This document shows, in pieces, positions 35,062-44,825 of a stretch of DNA of 64,000 bases (the first letter of the stretch is position 1; every line of letters starts with the position of its first letter). Under the pieces are notes generated by a model, which saw only the letters and a list, made by a program, of their open reading frames with translations, had not been told where the DNA came from and did not search any database. The translations under genes and the position numbers were made by a program. This DNA comes from a virus (lineage: Duplodnaviria; Caudoviricetes): IMG/VR virus record IMGVR_UViG_3300011723_000019, positions 2,000 through 65,999 of that record. One strand, given 5' to 3'.

Positions 35062-35357
35062 GTTCCAATCGTTCCAATTAAAAAAGGTCACTAAGGGCCT
35101 ATTTTCCTAATAATTTCCAACTGTTCCAATTTTCTGATTATTTCCGGCCATTTTTTCCAAGGTGCGTTTCTCAGCTGTGGGGGCTGATTTTGTGAGTTAA
35201 TAAAGAAAAAAATAACAAACGTTTCAAATGCATGAAAAAGTGTTCCAATCGTTCCAATTGTTCCAAAAGTTTATTTAAATATATTTAAAGCTATATTTTA
35301 TTAAAAAAGTCCATTGGAACAGATTGGAACAGTAGGAACGCATTGGAACATTGGAAC
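35062..35357. repeat. GTTCCAA/TTGGAAC iteron cluster (candidate origin of prophage C)
   Basis: GTTCCAA at 35062, 35071, 35123, 35242, 35251 and 35260; TTGGAAC at 35314, 35324, 35343 and 35351; AT-rich core 35274-35299. Confidence 0.8.
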
Positions 35358-35409
35358 ACTTTCAACGGTTTTGATGTGATCTGAATGCAAAAGAGGATAT
35401 TTTTGCGCT

Positions 35410-35898
35410 ATGGTCGTAGACATACCAATTTTAGTAACCAAGGTTAACAAGCTATATCTTTCTTCCAAGTTTGATACTGATCCTTTCATTTTATCAAAGA
35501 AAAATATCTTCGGTATTTTCCTTTTGAATTCATTGTGTAAAAAAAAGAATCTACCGATCAACAATAATCGTATTGACCTGAGCAAATATGATCAGGAGCT
35601 AACGGTTCAGATAACGGAGCGTGCTTTTAAAAACAGTGGTTATTGTGTACCCAGTAAGACGCTTGTTGATTTCAATAATATGGTTAGGTTCATGTTCCTG
35701 GATGAGTTCCATTCGTACATGGATTTCCATATTACTTACAATCGGTCTCAGATCAGGCAGTGCATTATTGATTTTATGAAGAAGTGCAATTTGCATGAGG
35801 ATATCATCGGCATAAGGACATTGGAGAAAGATTACGAGCGATACCGGGATCGTCAAAATGAAATTTTAGGACAATTCTTCAAAAAATCAATTGCCTAA
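35410..35898 (+). CDS. Hypothetical protein (possible late regulator)
   Basis: ATG ORF between the iterons and the first late promoter. Confidence 0.65.
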   Translation: MVVDIPILVTKVNKLYLSSKFDTDPFILSKKNIFGIFLLNSLCKKKNLPINNNRIDLSKYDQELTVQITERAFKNSGYCVPSKTLVDFNNMVRFMFLDEFHSYMDFHITYNRSQIRQCIIDFMKKCNLHEDIIGIRTLEKDYERYRDRQNEILGQFFKKSIA

Positions 35899-35966
35899 TT
35901 CTTTGTGACTTTAAAATGACAAAAAACTAGGGGACGAAAGTGTCGCAAAATTTAACACTTTTTGAA

Positions 35967-36001
35967 TGTCGTTTCTTATCCTGGTCAATTAATCATGTTT
36001 G
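35967..36001 (+). promoter_or_regulatory. Late promoter motif TGTCGTTTC-N22-TTTG (copy 1)
   Basis: Same spacing recurs at 36481, 40452, 44512, 51484 and 58813. Confidence 0.7.
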
Positions 36002-36005
36002 TATT

Positions 36006-36482
36006 ATGATAAAGAATTTCCCAAAGCGCCCGATCTTAAATCCTGGAGGATTAGGATCATTCTACTTCATTCCAAAACATGAGATAGAGAAAATTCCGAG
36101 AGTTCATAAAGGACTGGCTCAACAGCAGGTGGTTTTTAAGAATTCGTCTTTTTGGTACACCGGATATGCAAGCTCTGACTCATTGGATTTTGGCGAGAAA
36201 TATCAGACCTCTGACAATGGAGGGTATTTCGATACAAATATAGATGGTGCTTTTCCTGGTGACTCTTCTGAAATTCAGGACTTGTTTAAGAGCATGGGAA
36301 ATTTTACGGTTCGCTATGTCATTGTATTTGTAGATCTGCTGGGTAAACAGCGTATTGCCGGGCTTGATGGCGATTTATTTTTTACGTACAGTTTTTCAGC
36401 AAAAGAAAAACGCTATTCATATTCTTTTGAAGGTAAATGCCTCGAAAGTGCCCCGATATACCCTTATACGATCAATTTATAG
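36006..36482 (+). CDS. Virion structural protein, tail-tube-like paralog of 39405
   Basis: ATG 36006 follows the late motif; NPGG motif. Confidence 0.5.
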   Translation: MIKNFPKRPILNPGGLGSFYFIPKHEIEKIPRVHKGLAQQQVVFKNSSFWYTGYASSDSLDFGEKYQTSDNGGYFDTNIDGAFPGDSSEIQDLFKSMGNFTVRYVIVFVDLLGKQRIAGLDGDLFFTYSFSAKEKRYSYSFEGKCLESAPIYPYTINL

Positions 36483-36515
36483 TCGTTTCCAAGCAAAAAA
36501 GCCGATCAATCTTTG
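36481..36515 (+). promoter_or_regulatory. Late promoter motif (copy 2)
   Basis: AGTCGTTTC-N22-TTTG upstream of the protease. Confidence 0.65.
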
Positions 36516-36542
36516 TGCTTAACAAATTGATCAGCTTTTTTA

Positions 36543-37826
36543 ATGAATGGTTTCAATGTAATTTCTTCGATTCTTAGATCATCGTGGCTTCTGGATGAAT
36601 CCTGGATCGACGCAAACTGGAGTTTGATTCAGATGCTCCTTAATGGAGAATCCGTCTCTTTCAATTCCTCGGCTCCTTCAAACCTTATTCTTGATCCAAG
36701 TTTGGCTAGATACAATTATCGGGATGGCTGGACTAAAGCAGGTAAGGATTCAATAGCACTTTACGATCTACGTGGGCCAATCATGCATTATGGCTTTTGT
36801 GGCGATGGAACGCATGAGCTCCATAGCGCATTTAATGAAGCTGAAAATGCGTCCAATATAACTTCCCATTTCTTACTTATCGATTCTCCTGGGGGACAAG
36901 CTGATGGTGTGCTTGAATTTATGCAGGCAATTATGGCTTCTGTAAAACCTAGCTTGAGTTATATCAATGGAGGTATGGCAGCGAGTGGTGGTGGCTTTAT
37001 TGCTGCTGCTGCAGATGCTGTATTTGCTTCTTCCAAATTATGTGAGATAGGAAGTTTTGGTGGTTATTCCACTTTACTTGACGCTACTGAACGTGAACAG
37101 AGAGAGGGGGTTAAGCGAATTGTTATTAAGGCCAAGCAGTCTAAGGACAAAAATACCGTCTATGAACTTGCGAAGGCTGGAGATAAGAATGCGCTCGCTG
37201 AACTGGAGGATCGTATTTCCCTGGTTACTGGCGAACTTCTAGACGCTGTAAGGTTGGGCCGTGGTGATCGATTAAAAAATGACAGCTGGGCAACCGGCAA
37301 AATGTATTTCGCTGATGAAGCTTTGACAATGGGCCTCATCGACGGTATTGGGACAATGGATGATGCTATAAGGCATCTCCGCACACTCACTTCAAGCAAG
37401 AAAACTAAAAATTTTAATATGAATAATTTTAACAATGTGGCTGCATTGGCTTCTGTTGAAGCTGAAGGAGCTGAGGCCGCTTTAGACCTGGCTAACGCTG
37501 ATCTGACAGCAGCTGGTATTACGGACTTTACAATCGTCGAGCAATCAGTTATCGATGAGGGGGCGCGCGTGACAGCTGAACTTGCGACTGCTAATGCTTC
37601 GTTAGCTACGGCGAACACGACGATCGCTAACCAGGAAGCAACAATTCAGGCGAATCAGACCCGCATTCAAACTTTGGAAGGTGTGATTGCTAAGCGTGCT
37701 GCTAGTGATCCTGGAACGAAATCTAAATCTGCAAAGAAATCAACAGAGGATCCTGAAATAGAAGAGGAGGAACCTACTACTGTTGCTGCTCACAATCAGA
37801 TCGCCGATCGCGGAATTTTTGGTTAG
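36543..37826 (+). CDS. S49-family head maturation protease with a probable nested scaffold (internal ATG 37419)
   Basis: IDSPGG, MAASGG, GSFGGY; acidic coiled-coil C-terminus. Confidence 0.88.
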   Translation: MNGFNVISSILRSSWLLDESWIDANWSLIQMLLNGESVSFNSSAPSNLILDPSLARYNYRDGWTKAGKDSIALYDLRGPIMHYGFCGDGTHELHSAFNEAENASNITSHFLLIDSPGGQADGVLEFMQAIMASVKPSLSYINGGMAASGGGFIAAAADAVFASSKLCEIGSFGGYSTLLDATEREQREGVKRIVIKAKQSKDKNTVYELAKAGDKNALAELEDRISLVTGELLDAVRLGRGDRLKNDSWATGKMYFADEALTMGLIDGIGTMDDAIRHLRTLTSSKKTKNFNMNNFNNVAALASVEAEGAEAALDLANADLTAAGITDFTIVEQSVIDEGARVTAELATANASLATANTTIANQEATIQANQTRIQTLEGVIAKRAASDPGTKSKSAKKSTEDPEIEEEEPTTVAAHNQIADRGIFG

Positions 37827-37859
37827 TAGAATTAAGTGTTTATAATTTAACCGTGTATA

Positions 37860-38831
37860 ATGAGAATTAATATTGATGAAGTAGTAGCCGAATTTGGCAG
37901 CTATTATGTAGATGGTGGGCAAGGGATGCAGAACCTTCAGACGGTTTTGATGCAGAGATCTGTTTTTACACAATCTTTTCCCTTATTGCCTACGGATAGT
38001 ACTGTTGTTTATAAAGCAACAGCATCGATCAAACGGGTGTTACAGGCATTTCAGCGCAAATTTACGCCGATTGCTGGTAATGAGGTCAAATTTGAGTTGG
38101 AGAAAATTGAGCTTGATCATGTTAAGATCGATGAATTGATCTCTCCAGACGAAATTATGCCGTCATGGCTAGGGTTTTTGGCTGAAAATAAACTGGAGCG
38201 TAAGGATTGGCCTATTGTCCGTTACATTTCAGAGCAACTTATTATTAAGCAGTACTATGCTGACTTAGAGCTCTTGGAAGCTTTTAAAGGTGTTAAGGGC
38301 GCTATTGTAGATGGAACAGCTACAGCAGCTGGTGCTTCTTTAAATGGCATCCGGAAAAAAATCCGAGATGGATTTGCTGCTGGTAAGACAAAGCAGATTG
38401 TCTTAGGGGCTTTGCCATCTGATCCAGTAGCATTAGTAACGTATATTGAAAACTTTGTTAAAAGTATTCCTGCATTGATTCGTGTCGAATTGGATGAGGT
38501 ATCTGTTAGCTTACAGGTTGAACAGACATACCGAGAAGGGGTTCGTAAGAAGTACAATACGAATTACGAGCAAAAGCCAAATCTTTCAACTTTGATCGAT
38601 CATCCGCAGATTACTGTAAAGGGATATCCTGCTATGGATGGTAGTGATTTGATTTATGCTACTCCTAAATTCAATAAGGCAAATCCAATGAAGGCTGGAG
38701 AAAATCAGGGAAGATTCGATGTTCAAAAGCAAGATCGAGATGTTAAGTTGCTTTCTGACTGGTGGATCGGCTTAGGATTCTGGTACTTGCCTTATGTGTA
38801 CCATAATGACCAGGATTTAGTAGCTGCATAG
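37860..38831 (+). CDS. Major capsid protein
   Basis: 323 aa directly after the protease; no motif-level proof. Confidence 0.75.
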   Translation: MRINIDEVVAEFGSYYVDGGQGMQNLQTVLMQRSVFTQSFPLLPTDSTVVYKATASIKRVLQAFQRKFTPIAGNEVKFELEKIELDHVKIDELISPDEIMPSWLGFLAENKLERKDWPIVRYISEQLIIKQYYADLELLEAFKGVKGAIVDGTATAAGASLNGIRKKIRDGFAAGKTKQIVLGALPSDPVALVTYIENFVKSIPALIRVELDEVSVSLQVEQTYREGVRKKYNTNYEQKPNLSTLIDHPQITVKGYPAMDGSDLIYATPKFNKANPMKAGENQGRFDVQKQDRDVKLLSDWWIGLGFWYLPYVYHNDQDLVAA

Positions 38832-38915
38832 GCTTTTTCATAGTTAAGTATATAGTTGTTTTGGTTGTGGGCTTGTCCCACAATCAAATTTTTAAAAATT
38901 AAAAGATTTAAAGCA

Positions 38916-39404
38916 ATGGCTGAAAATGAAAATAAATCGACTCAACAGGAGTTGGATACGGCGACAGCAAAGATTATCGCTGGAAAGGATAAAGAAATTG
39001 CTGCTCTAACAAAAGAGCGCGATTCGCTGAAGTCTAAAAATGAAGAACTCACTACCAAGAATTCAGGTCTTCAGTCTGATCTTGCTATAACAAATACCGA
39101 GAACAGTAATTTGAAAGCAGATAATAAGTCATTGAGCGACTCGGTGGATGCCCTAACAACAGAGCGCGACGAAGCAATGGAGCTGATGACTACCATGTCA
39201 AAATCACTTGAAAAGGTTCAAAAAGCCGCGAAAGATGGATTCCAAACGCTGGAGCATAATGGTAAAACATATTCTATCCATGGTAAAACGTTCTTTTTCG
39301 AAGGAAAGGAATTCACCACTGAGAATCTTTTGGAAGATTCTGATTTGGTTGGACGCTTGTTGAAACTTGGTGTAGGATTTTTAAAAGAAGTAAAGGAGGA
39401 CTAA
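38916..39404 (+). CDS. Coiled-coil hypothetical protein
   Basis: ATG 38916 (MAENENK). Confidence 0.7.
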   Translation: MAENENKSTQQELDTATAKIIAGKDKEIAALTKERDSLKSKNEELTTKNSGLQSDLAITNTENSNLKADNKSLSDSVDALTTERDEAMELMTTMSKSLEKVQKAAKDGFQTLEHNGKTYSIHGKTFFFEGKEFTTENLLEDSDLVGRLLKLGVGFLKEVKED

Positions 39405-40145
39405 TTGATGTACAGTGCAATTAAATTTTTTGCTGGGATGCTATGCTTGATCATGGTTTCCCTTTTTATTGGCAATACCATTGCTTCAGCTACTGGGAGT
39501 AATTCTGTTGGACTAGTGTTTGCTTCAGCAATCTTTATCGGGTCTTTTGTCCCGTTAAAAAGCGCTGGTGTTTTACTAATGGGGTTGAACGCGAAAGATA
39601 TTGTCTTTCAACAGGGTGTTTTCAATCCTGGTGGCGTAGCAGGAGAGGTCTATTACGCTTTTACTGAAGATATAGAAACGTGGCCCGTTGCGCTTTCAAA
39701 AATTGTGACTGAAACCGCTACTGACTTTGAAGATTTAGTTACGGTAAAGGCTGCCGATGATTTCAAATTTAAGACCGGTAAGTCCTTCAAGAAGCTGTAT
39801 GTTACTTTGGAAACTGGTGAACTGAAGTATTCGCTGATCGGCGCTCGTGATGGAAAGTCATTCCAGAACTCGATGGAAGTATCCTATCCTAAAAATGATG
39901 CTACAATTTCTGGATTTGTTGCATCAACTGCGAATCGCCGAATGGTATTCATTGCCATTGAGCAGAATGGTACTGCAAAGGTTTTGGGTACGAAACAATT
40001 TCCTGCTCAGCTGGAGACTGCTGAAGGTGGCACCGGTAAGTTGATCGAGGATCCAAATACTTTGGTGCAGACCTATATCTCAAAATCACCAATTCCACCG
40101 GCGATTTATGAACCGCCAATCCTATTGGAACCGGTTGGTCCATAA
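39405..40145 (+). CDS. Probable major tail (tube) protein with an N-terminal hydrophobic leader
   Basis: Two TM-like segments, then FNPGG and a beta-rich body. Confidence 0.5.
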   Translation: MMYSAIKFFAGMLCLIMVSLFIGNTIASATGSNSVGLVFASAIFIGSFVPLKSAGVLLMGLNAKDIVFQQGVFNPGGVAGEVYYAFTEDIETWPVALSKIVTETATDFEDLVTVKAADDFKFKTGKSFKKLYVTLETGELKYSLIGARDGKSFQNSMEVSYPKNDATISGFVASTANRRMVFIAIEQNGTAKVLGTKQFPAQLETAEGGTGKLIEDPNTLVQTYISKSPIPPAIYEPPILLEPVGP

Positions 40146-40170
40146 TAGTATATTTTTAATGCGTGAAATA

Positions 40171-40198
40171 AAAAGGCTCTTGTTGAAGAGCCTTTTTT
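40171..40198. terminator. Bidirectional terminator
   Basis: AAAAGGCTCTT-GTTG-AAGAGCCTTTT. Confidence 0.8.
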
Positions 40199-40213
40199 GT
40201 AAATACATATAAT

Positions 40214-40462
40214 ATGAACGATAAGATTGTAAAGATTATCAATATCCTGGAGGAGAAGTTTTTTGTGCCAGTAAGAACTGACGGTGAGAATATTTTGATG
40301 GAGCGTGATGAGATCGAAGCTCAGGTGAATATCTATTGGCAGAAGGAGAATAATTGGGAAAGTATAGATGTTATTGAGGCGCTTGATTATTTACAGATAC
40401 CTGCTTTTTTAAGTGACTCAAATGTAATGGTTTATATCTATAAGCCGAAAGTGTCGTTTTAG
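40214..40462 (+). CDS. Small acidic hypothetical protein (moron-like)
   Basis: Isolated between a terminator and a late promoter. Confidence 0.65.
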   Translation: MNDKIVKIINILEEKFFVPVRTDGENILMERDEIEAQVNIYWQKENNWESIDVIEALDYLQIPAFLSDSNVMVYIYKPKVSF

Positions 40463-40486
40463 CTAAAATTGGCTCAAATACCTTTG
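40452..40486 (+). promoter_or_regulatory. Late promoter motif (copy 3)
   Basis: TGTCGTTTT-N22-TTTG, ATG at 40491. Confidence 0.7.
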
Positions 40487-40490
40487 ATTT

Positions 40491-41198
40491 ATGGCAATTT
40501 CCGTTATTCAAAGGTATTTAGAAAACTCGCATCGTAGCTATGAGGAAGGTCGTGTGTTGTTCGAAAAATTTGCCTCGAGCAAAGTTCTGATCTCATTTTT
40601 TCGAAGTGGATCATCGCCGCTTCATTTTAACCGGTTACTTGAGGAGCTGAAGAAGCTATCCCAGGAGGATCGCCCATCCGAAGTCGAGGTTGTTGCTGAT
40701 GTAGTAGAGAAATCGATCATTGCTCCATTGGAGTCTTTTGATATCCCTGCCAAAGCGGCTTTGAATGACGATTACTTTTTATTTCCCGAAAAGATCAAAG
40801 AAGTAGTCCGGAGAAAAAATATGCATTATCGACGTTCACAGCAATTGTTTATTGAAATTGGTTTTACGGATGATCCTGATAATAGGCTTGCAATGGCTGA
40901 AACATTGCTGAATGATCATGATCAGGTTAATGCTTGCTGGGCTGTTATTGACGAATACAAGCTGTCAGGTAAAATTTTAGTAGAGAAAGCGAAGTCTATT
41001 CAGGAGGAAATCAATGAATTACCGCTTGATAAATTGCTTGCTCACCTCAAGAATATTCCTCCCAATATCTCGAAGGATAAAAAGAAGCTTGAAACCTTTC
41101 CAGATGGCCACCAAAAAGCAAAGGTGCTTTCTCGCTTTCAGCTTAACCAAATTAAACTGGATCTGGTCAAAAAAAGATTGGAGGTTTTGAATGGCTAA
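40491..41198 (+). CDS. Hypothetical phage protein
   Basis: First gene of the packaging operon. Confidence 0.75.
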   Translation: MAISVIQRYLENSHRSYEEGRVLFEKFASSKVLISFFRSGSSPLHFNRLLEELKKLSQEDRPSEVEVVADVVEKSIIAPLESFDIPAKAALNDDYFLFPEKIKEVVRRKNMHYRRSQQLFIEIGFTDDPDNRLAMAETLLNDHDQVNACWAVIDEYKLSGKILVEKAKSIQEEINELPLDKLLAHLKNIPPNISKDKKKLETFPDGHQKAKVLSRFQLNQIKLDLVKKRLEVLNG

Positions 41199-41775
41199 AC
41201 CAATATCAATAGATTCCAATAAGGATGATATCCTGAGCTATCTTAAAGATCCCGAATCAAAAGAGTCCGATCTCACTGCAAAGCAAACCAAATTGCTTGA
41301 GTGGTATGTGGATGCTTATACACTATTCAGGAATTACAGCTCGATGACCGAAACGATAACCGTTCTCAAAAAACTAGGAAGCCTTCGTGATAATCCGATA
41401 TCCAATTCAACTGCTCGGCGATATATTAATGATGCGCTTGAAATTTTTGGATCGGTTGGTCGTATGAAGGCAGATGTGATCAACCATATTGTTATTGAGA
41501 CTCTCCTAGATGCCCGGATCATGGCCAAAAAGCAAAACAATGCGATGGCCTTAAAGGAAATTGCCAAAGAGCTGAGAGCTGCTGGAGTCAACGATGAAGC
41601 AGGCGCTTTGATAGCTGATCAGATCGAGCAACACCAAGTTATCATTTCAATTGATCAGACAGCTCAGCGTGCATTGCAAAAAATACACGCCGGGGGAGTG
41701 ATCGATCTTGGCGATATCTTGAATAGCATGTCTGAAGAAGCTCAGGTGATTGGGGAGGGAAATAACAATGGTTGA
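41191..41775 (+). CDS. Terminase small subunit (putative)
   Basis: Directly upstream of TerL; helical. Confidence 0.65.
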   Translation: MAKPISIDSNKDDILSYLKDPESKESDLTAKQTKLLEWYVDAYTLFRNYSSMTETITVLKKLGSLRDNPISNSTARRYINDALEIFGSVGRMKADVINHIVIETLLDARIMAKKQNNAMALKEIAKELRAAGVNDEAGALIADQIEQHQVIISIDQTAQRALQKIHAGGVIDLGDILNSMSEEAQVIGEGNNNG

Positions 41776-43282
41776 GATTTCGAAACCTAAACTCCAGGTA
41801 CGTCGTAATCTGGCACAAATCCTGATCCGGACTGCACCGCAAAAAATTAAGGTATTAGAAGGGGCGAGAGCTGTAGGTAAGTCGACAGTTTTAGCGGATG
41901 AGATGTCCGAAACAGCATGCGATATGCCCCGGTCAACAAATTTCCTTCAGGGCAGAACCTATCAGCAAATTTTGACCAGGACATTGCCGTCTACCATTCT
42001 TTCTCTGGAGACTTTGGGTTATAAGAATGGTATACACTTTACTATTGGACAAAAGCCTATCTGGAAGAAGTACAATCTTCCTTATGAACCACCTTTAGAT
42101 TGGGGGAAAACTATTGCCTGGTGGACCGGAGCTGTCTGGGTGATGTTGTCTCAAGATGTTTCTTCCAGAGGTATCAACACGTGTTCCGGTTTGGCTGATG
42201 AATACTGCGAGCTTGATCCAGTGAAATTCCAGGCAGAGACCTATGCCACTTTACGTGGAGGTAAGTCTCATTTCGAGCATAAGAAGCGGTGGCTGTCTCA
42301 AGTGTATGTCAGCTCTATTCCCAGAACTCAAGAGGGTAAGCACATATACACCTATGAGCAGGCAGCTATAACAAATCCGGACGAGGTATTTTATTTACGA
42401 GCTCCTACTCGGATAAATGCTGAGAATCTTCCTGACAATTATTTTAAGATGCAGCGTCGTATCATGTCCAAATATGAATACGATATCGAGATAGAGAATA
42501 TTCGGCCCAGGGCTGTTGGTGGGGGATTCTATCCGGCATTCAATGAAAGGAATCTTTGTTATGATTCTTTTGACAATGATTATCTGAGGGGGTTGGTAGA
42601 TGAGGGTGTCGGTTATGATCGCACTAAATTTGAAAAACTGGATTGCCGTGAGGTAACCGATATCATACCCAGCACACCACTGGATATCGCCCTGGACTAT
42701 GGAAAGTTCTGTTGTATAGTCACGGCTCAGGAGACATTCCTGAACGAATGCAATTTCCTTTCTTCGATTACTCCTGAGGAAGCTGGAGAAATGCTGGAGG
42801 TACTTGTGCAGCGCTGGTGCGATTACTATCAGCCACATCCCACTAAGCGCGTCTCGTATTGGTATGATCAGACGGCGATAGGTAAAGACGGCCGATCGCC
42901 TAAGACTTATGCCGATATCGTAGTTGAGGTGCTCATCAAGAATGGGTGGGATGTGGATCAGCAATATTATGGTGCAGCACCTGAGCACTCGGATAAGTAT
43001 AAGTTCTGGTCGATTGCCATGCGTAACGATCATCCATTGTTACCGATATTCAAATGGAACAGGACAAAGTGTAAGTATCTCATCGAATCGATCAACAACT
43101 CGGCAGCTAAGGAGGGTAAGTTTGGCCCGGAGAAAGTAAAGACCGATGAACGTAAGACTCATGTCGATCAACGATACACCACACACCAGGGCGATGCCAT
43201 GGATATGATTGGATATTTCAAATATTCACATCTTATTGAAAGTAGCCAGGGATTGTGGGTGCCATCGAGGTCTTCAAGTTAA
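41750..43282 (+). CDS. terL: Terminase large subunit (alternative start ATG 41768)
   Basis: GARAVGKS Walker A, GLADE Walker B, ALDYG nuclease motif. Confidence 0.88.
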   Translation: MGREITMVEISKPKLQVRRNLAQILIRTAPQKIKVLEGARAVGKSTVLADEMSETACDMPRSTNFLQGRTYQQILTRTLPSTILSLETLGYKNGIHFTIGQKPIWKKYNLPYEPPLDWGKTIAWWTGAVWVMLSQDVSSRGINTCSGLADEYCELDPVKFQAETYATLRGGKSHFEHKKRWLSQVYVSSIPRTQEGKHIYTYEQAAITNPDEVFYLRAPTRINAENLPDNYFKMQRRIMSKYEYDIEIENIRPRAVGGGFYPAFNERNLCYDSFDNDYLRGLVDEGVGYDRTKFEKLDCREVTDIIPSTPLDIALDYGKFCCIVTAQETFLNECNFLSSITPEEAGEMLEVLVQRWCDYYQPHPTKRVSYWYDQTAIGKDGRSPKTYADIVVEVLIKNGWDVDQQYYGAAPEHSDKYKFWSIAMRNDHPLLPIFKWNRTKCKYLIESINNSAAKEGKFGPEKVKTDERKTHVDQRYTTHQGDAMDMIGYFKYSHLIESSQGLWVPSRSSS

Positions 43283-43286
43283 AGAA

Positions 43287-43410
43287 GCCCCTCGACTTGC
43301 CTTCGAAATTCTCACAATCAAAAACCATACAGTGCATAACACACCGACGTGTCGAGGGGTATAATCTGACGCGATGTTAGAGTTATGCAATAAAGTTTTT
43401 GATTGTGAGA
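43287..43410 (+). ncRNA. Structured leader of the methylase gene with crossing stems
   Basis: 43310-43325/43395-43410 (16 bp perfect); 43333-43340/43382-43389; 43287-43296/43351-43360. Confidence 0.55.
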
Positions 43411-43432
43411 GCACAAATTTAATAAAATATAT

Positions 43433-44266
43433 ATGAAAGCAAGTAAAAATTACAATTCGTCGCCGCTGCCGTTTATGGGACAAAAAAGAAGATTTCTTAC
43501 AAAATTTAAAATTGAGCTCCAGAGCTGTGATCCTAATGCCACTTATGTGGATCTGTTTGGGGGAAGTGGTTTGTTGAGCCATACAGTTAAACAACATTGT
43601 CCGGATGCGCAAGTCATATACAATGATTATGATGATTTCTCCAAAAGGATTGCGTGGATTCCTAAGACCAATAAGCTGATTCAGGATATACGAAATCTAA
43701 TCTGCGACCTTCCTAAAGATAAAGCTATACCCTTTGAAAGAAGGCATTCCATATTAGATAGAGTATATTCAGAAGAAAAGCGTTTAGGATACGTTGATTA
43801 TATCACCTTATCATCTAATTTACTCTTTGCCATGAATTATGCCCTGAGCTATGATGAATTAACAAGACAGGTATTTTACAATACGCTCAGAGAAACACCT
43901 TATAATGCGATTGGTTATTTAGATGGTGTCCAAAGGGTCTCCATGGATTACAAAGAGTTATTTGAATTTTATCGCGATCAGGCTAATGTTATATTTCTCG
44001 TTGATCCGCCTTACTTATCTACAGATGTTTCAAGCTACAAATCATCTCATTGGAAATTATCTGATTACTTAGATGTATTGGATGTGCTTGACGTTGAGCA
44101 ATACTTCTATTTTACCTCCAATAAATCTAATGTTGTAGAGCTATGTGAATGGATATCAAAGAAGGTTCCTGGGGCTAATCCTTTCGAACATGCGATAGCT
44201 ATTTCCCATGCCAATAATCCTAGTTATAATTCAAAGTTCACTGACATAATGCTTGTCAAACGATAA
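43433..44266 (+). CDS. Orphan DNA adenine methyltransferase (Dam/D12 class)
   Basis: PLPFMGQK, DLFGGSG (SAM binding), DPPY. Confidence 0.9.
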   Translation: MKASKNYNSSPLPFMGQKRRFLTKFKIELQSCDPNATYVDLFGGSGLLSHTVKQHCPDAQVIYNDYDDFSKRIAWIPKTNKLIQDIRNLICDLPKDKAIPFERRHSILDRVYSEEKRLGYVDYITLSSNLLFAMNYALSYDELTRQVFYNTLRETPYNAIGYLDGVQRVSMDYKELFEFYRDQANVIFLVDPPYLSTDVSSYKSSHWKLSDYLDVLDVLDVEQYFYFTSNKSNVVELCEWISKKVPGANPFEHAIAISHANNPSYNSKFTDIMLVKR

Positions 44267-44269
44267 AAG

Positions 44270-44292
44270 AGCCGCTTTTAAGCGGCTTTTTT
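44270..44292 (+). terminator. Intrinsic terminator
   Basis: AGCCGCTT-TT-AAGCGGCT followed by a T-run. Confidence 0.7.
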
Positions 44293-44511
44293 GTTGCGCT
44301 ATTCTCCCGGGTCGAAATCATATTCCGTGGGGGTGCAAACGGCAATTGCCCTTTTAGGACAGGGCACGGCGGGCTTCAAGTAGATACTTTTAATGGTTTT
44401 TGGAAAAAATAAATTGTTTAAATAATTGATTTATAGTGTTTTGATATGTTTTTAATGAAGTTTTTTGAAACATTAATACTAACAGGTTGAAAATCAGTTG
44501 AAATATGTTCT

Positions 44512-44546
44512 TGTCGTTTCTAATGGACTTATTAAATAGATTTTTG
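44512..44546 (+). promoter_or_regulatory. Late promoter motif (copy 4)
   Basis: TGTCGTTTC-N22-TTTG, ATG at 44550. Confidence 0.7.
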
Positions 44547-44549
44547 AGC

Positions 44550-44825
44550 ATGGATAAAATTTCTTACACGGAAATGCTCAAGATACTGGATCGCTGCCGA
44601 TATCAGTCTTCAGACGAAACGCTATCAATAACTTTTTTGAAATGCGATCGCAAGCGTGGAACTGGAGGGCAATGGCAAACGATTGAAAAGGCGCAGATTT
44701 GCGGCCTGCCATATTCAGTTAGAGAAAATGAAATGCGTGGTATTGTTAACCTGGAATCAGGTATCAAGTCAGCTTTTCATATCCAGTTAGTTTTCGAAAT
44801 AAATGGCAAACGCGTTTTCAAATGA
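44550..44825 (+). CDS. Hypothetical phage protein
   Basis: In-frame ATG 44550; overlaps the portal start. Confidence 0.7.
   Translation: MDKISYTEMLKILDRCRYQSSDETLSITFLKCDRKRGTGGQWQTIEKAQICGLPYSVRENEMRGIVNLESGIKSAFHIQLVFEINGKRVFK

Noticed and set aside
35062-35357. Repeat cluster as a CRISPR or TIGR-like array
   Set aside because: Repeats are only 7 bp, occur in both orientations with irregular spacing, and no cas- or tas-like gene is recognisable
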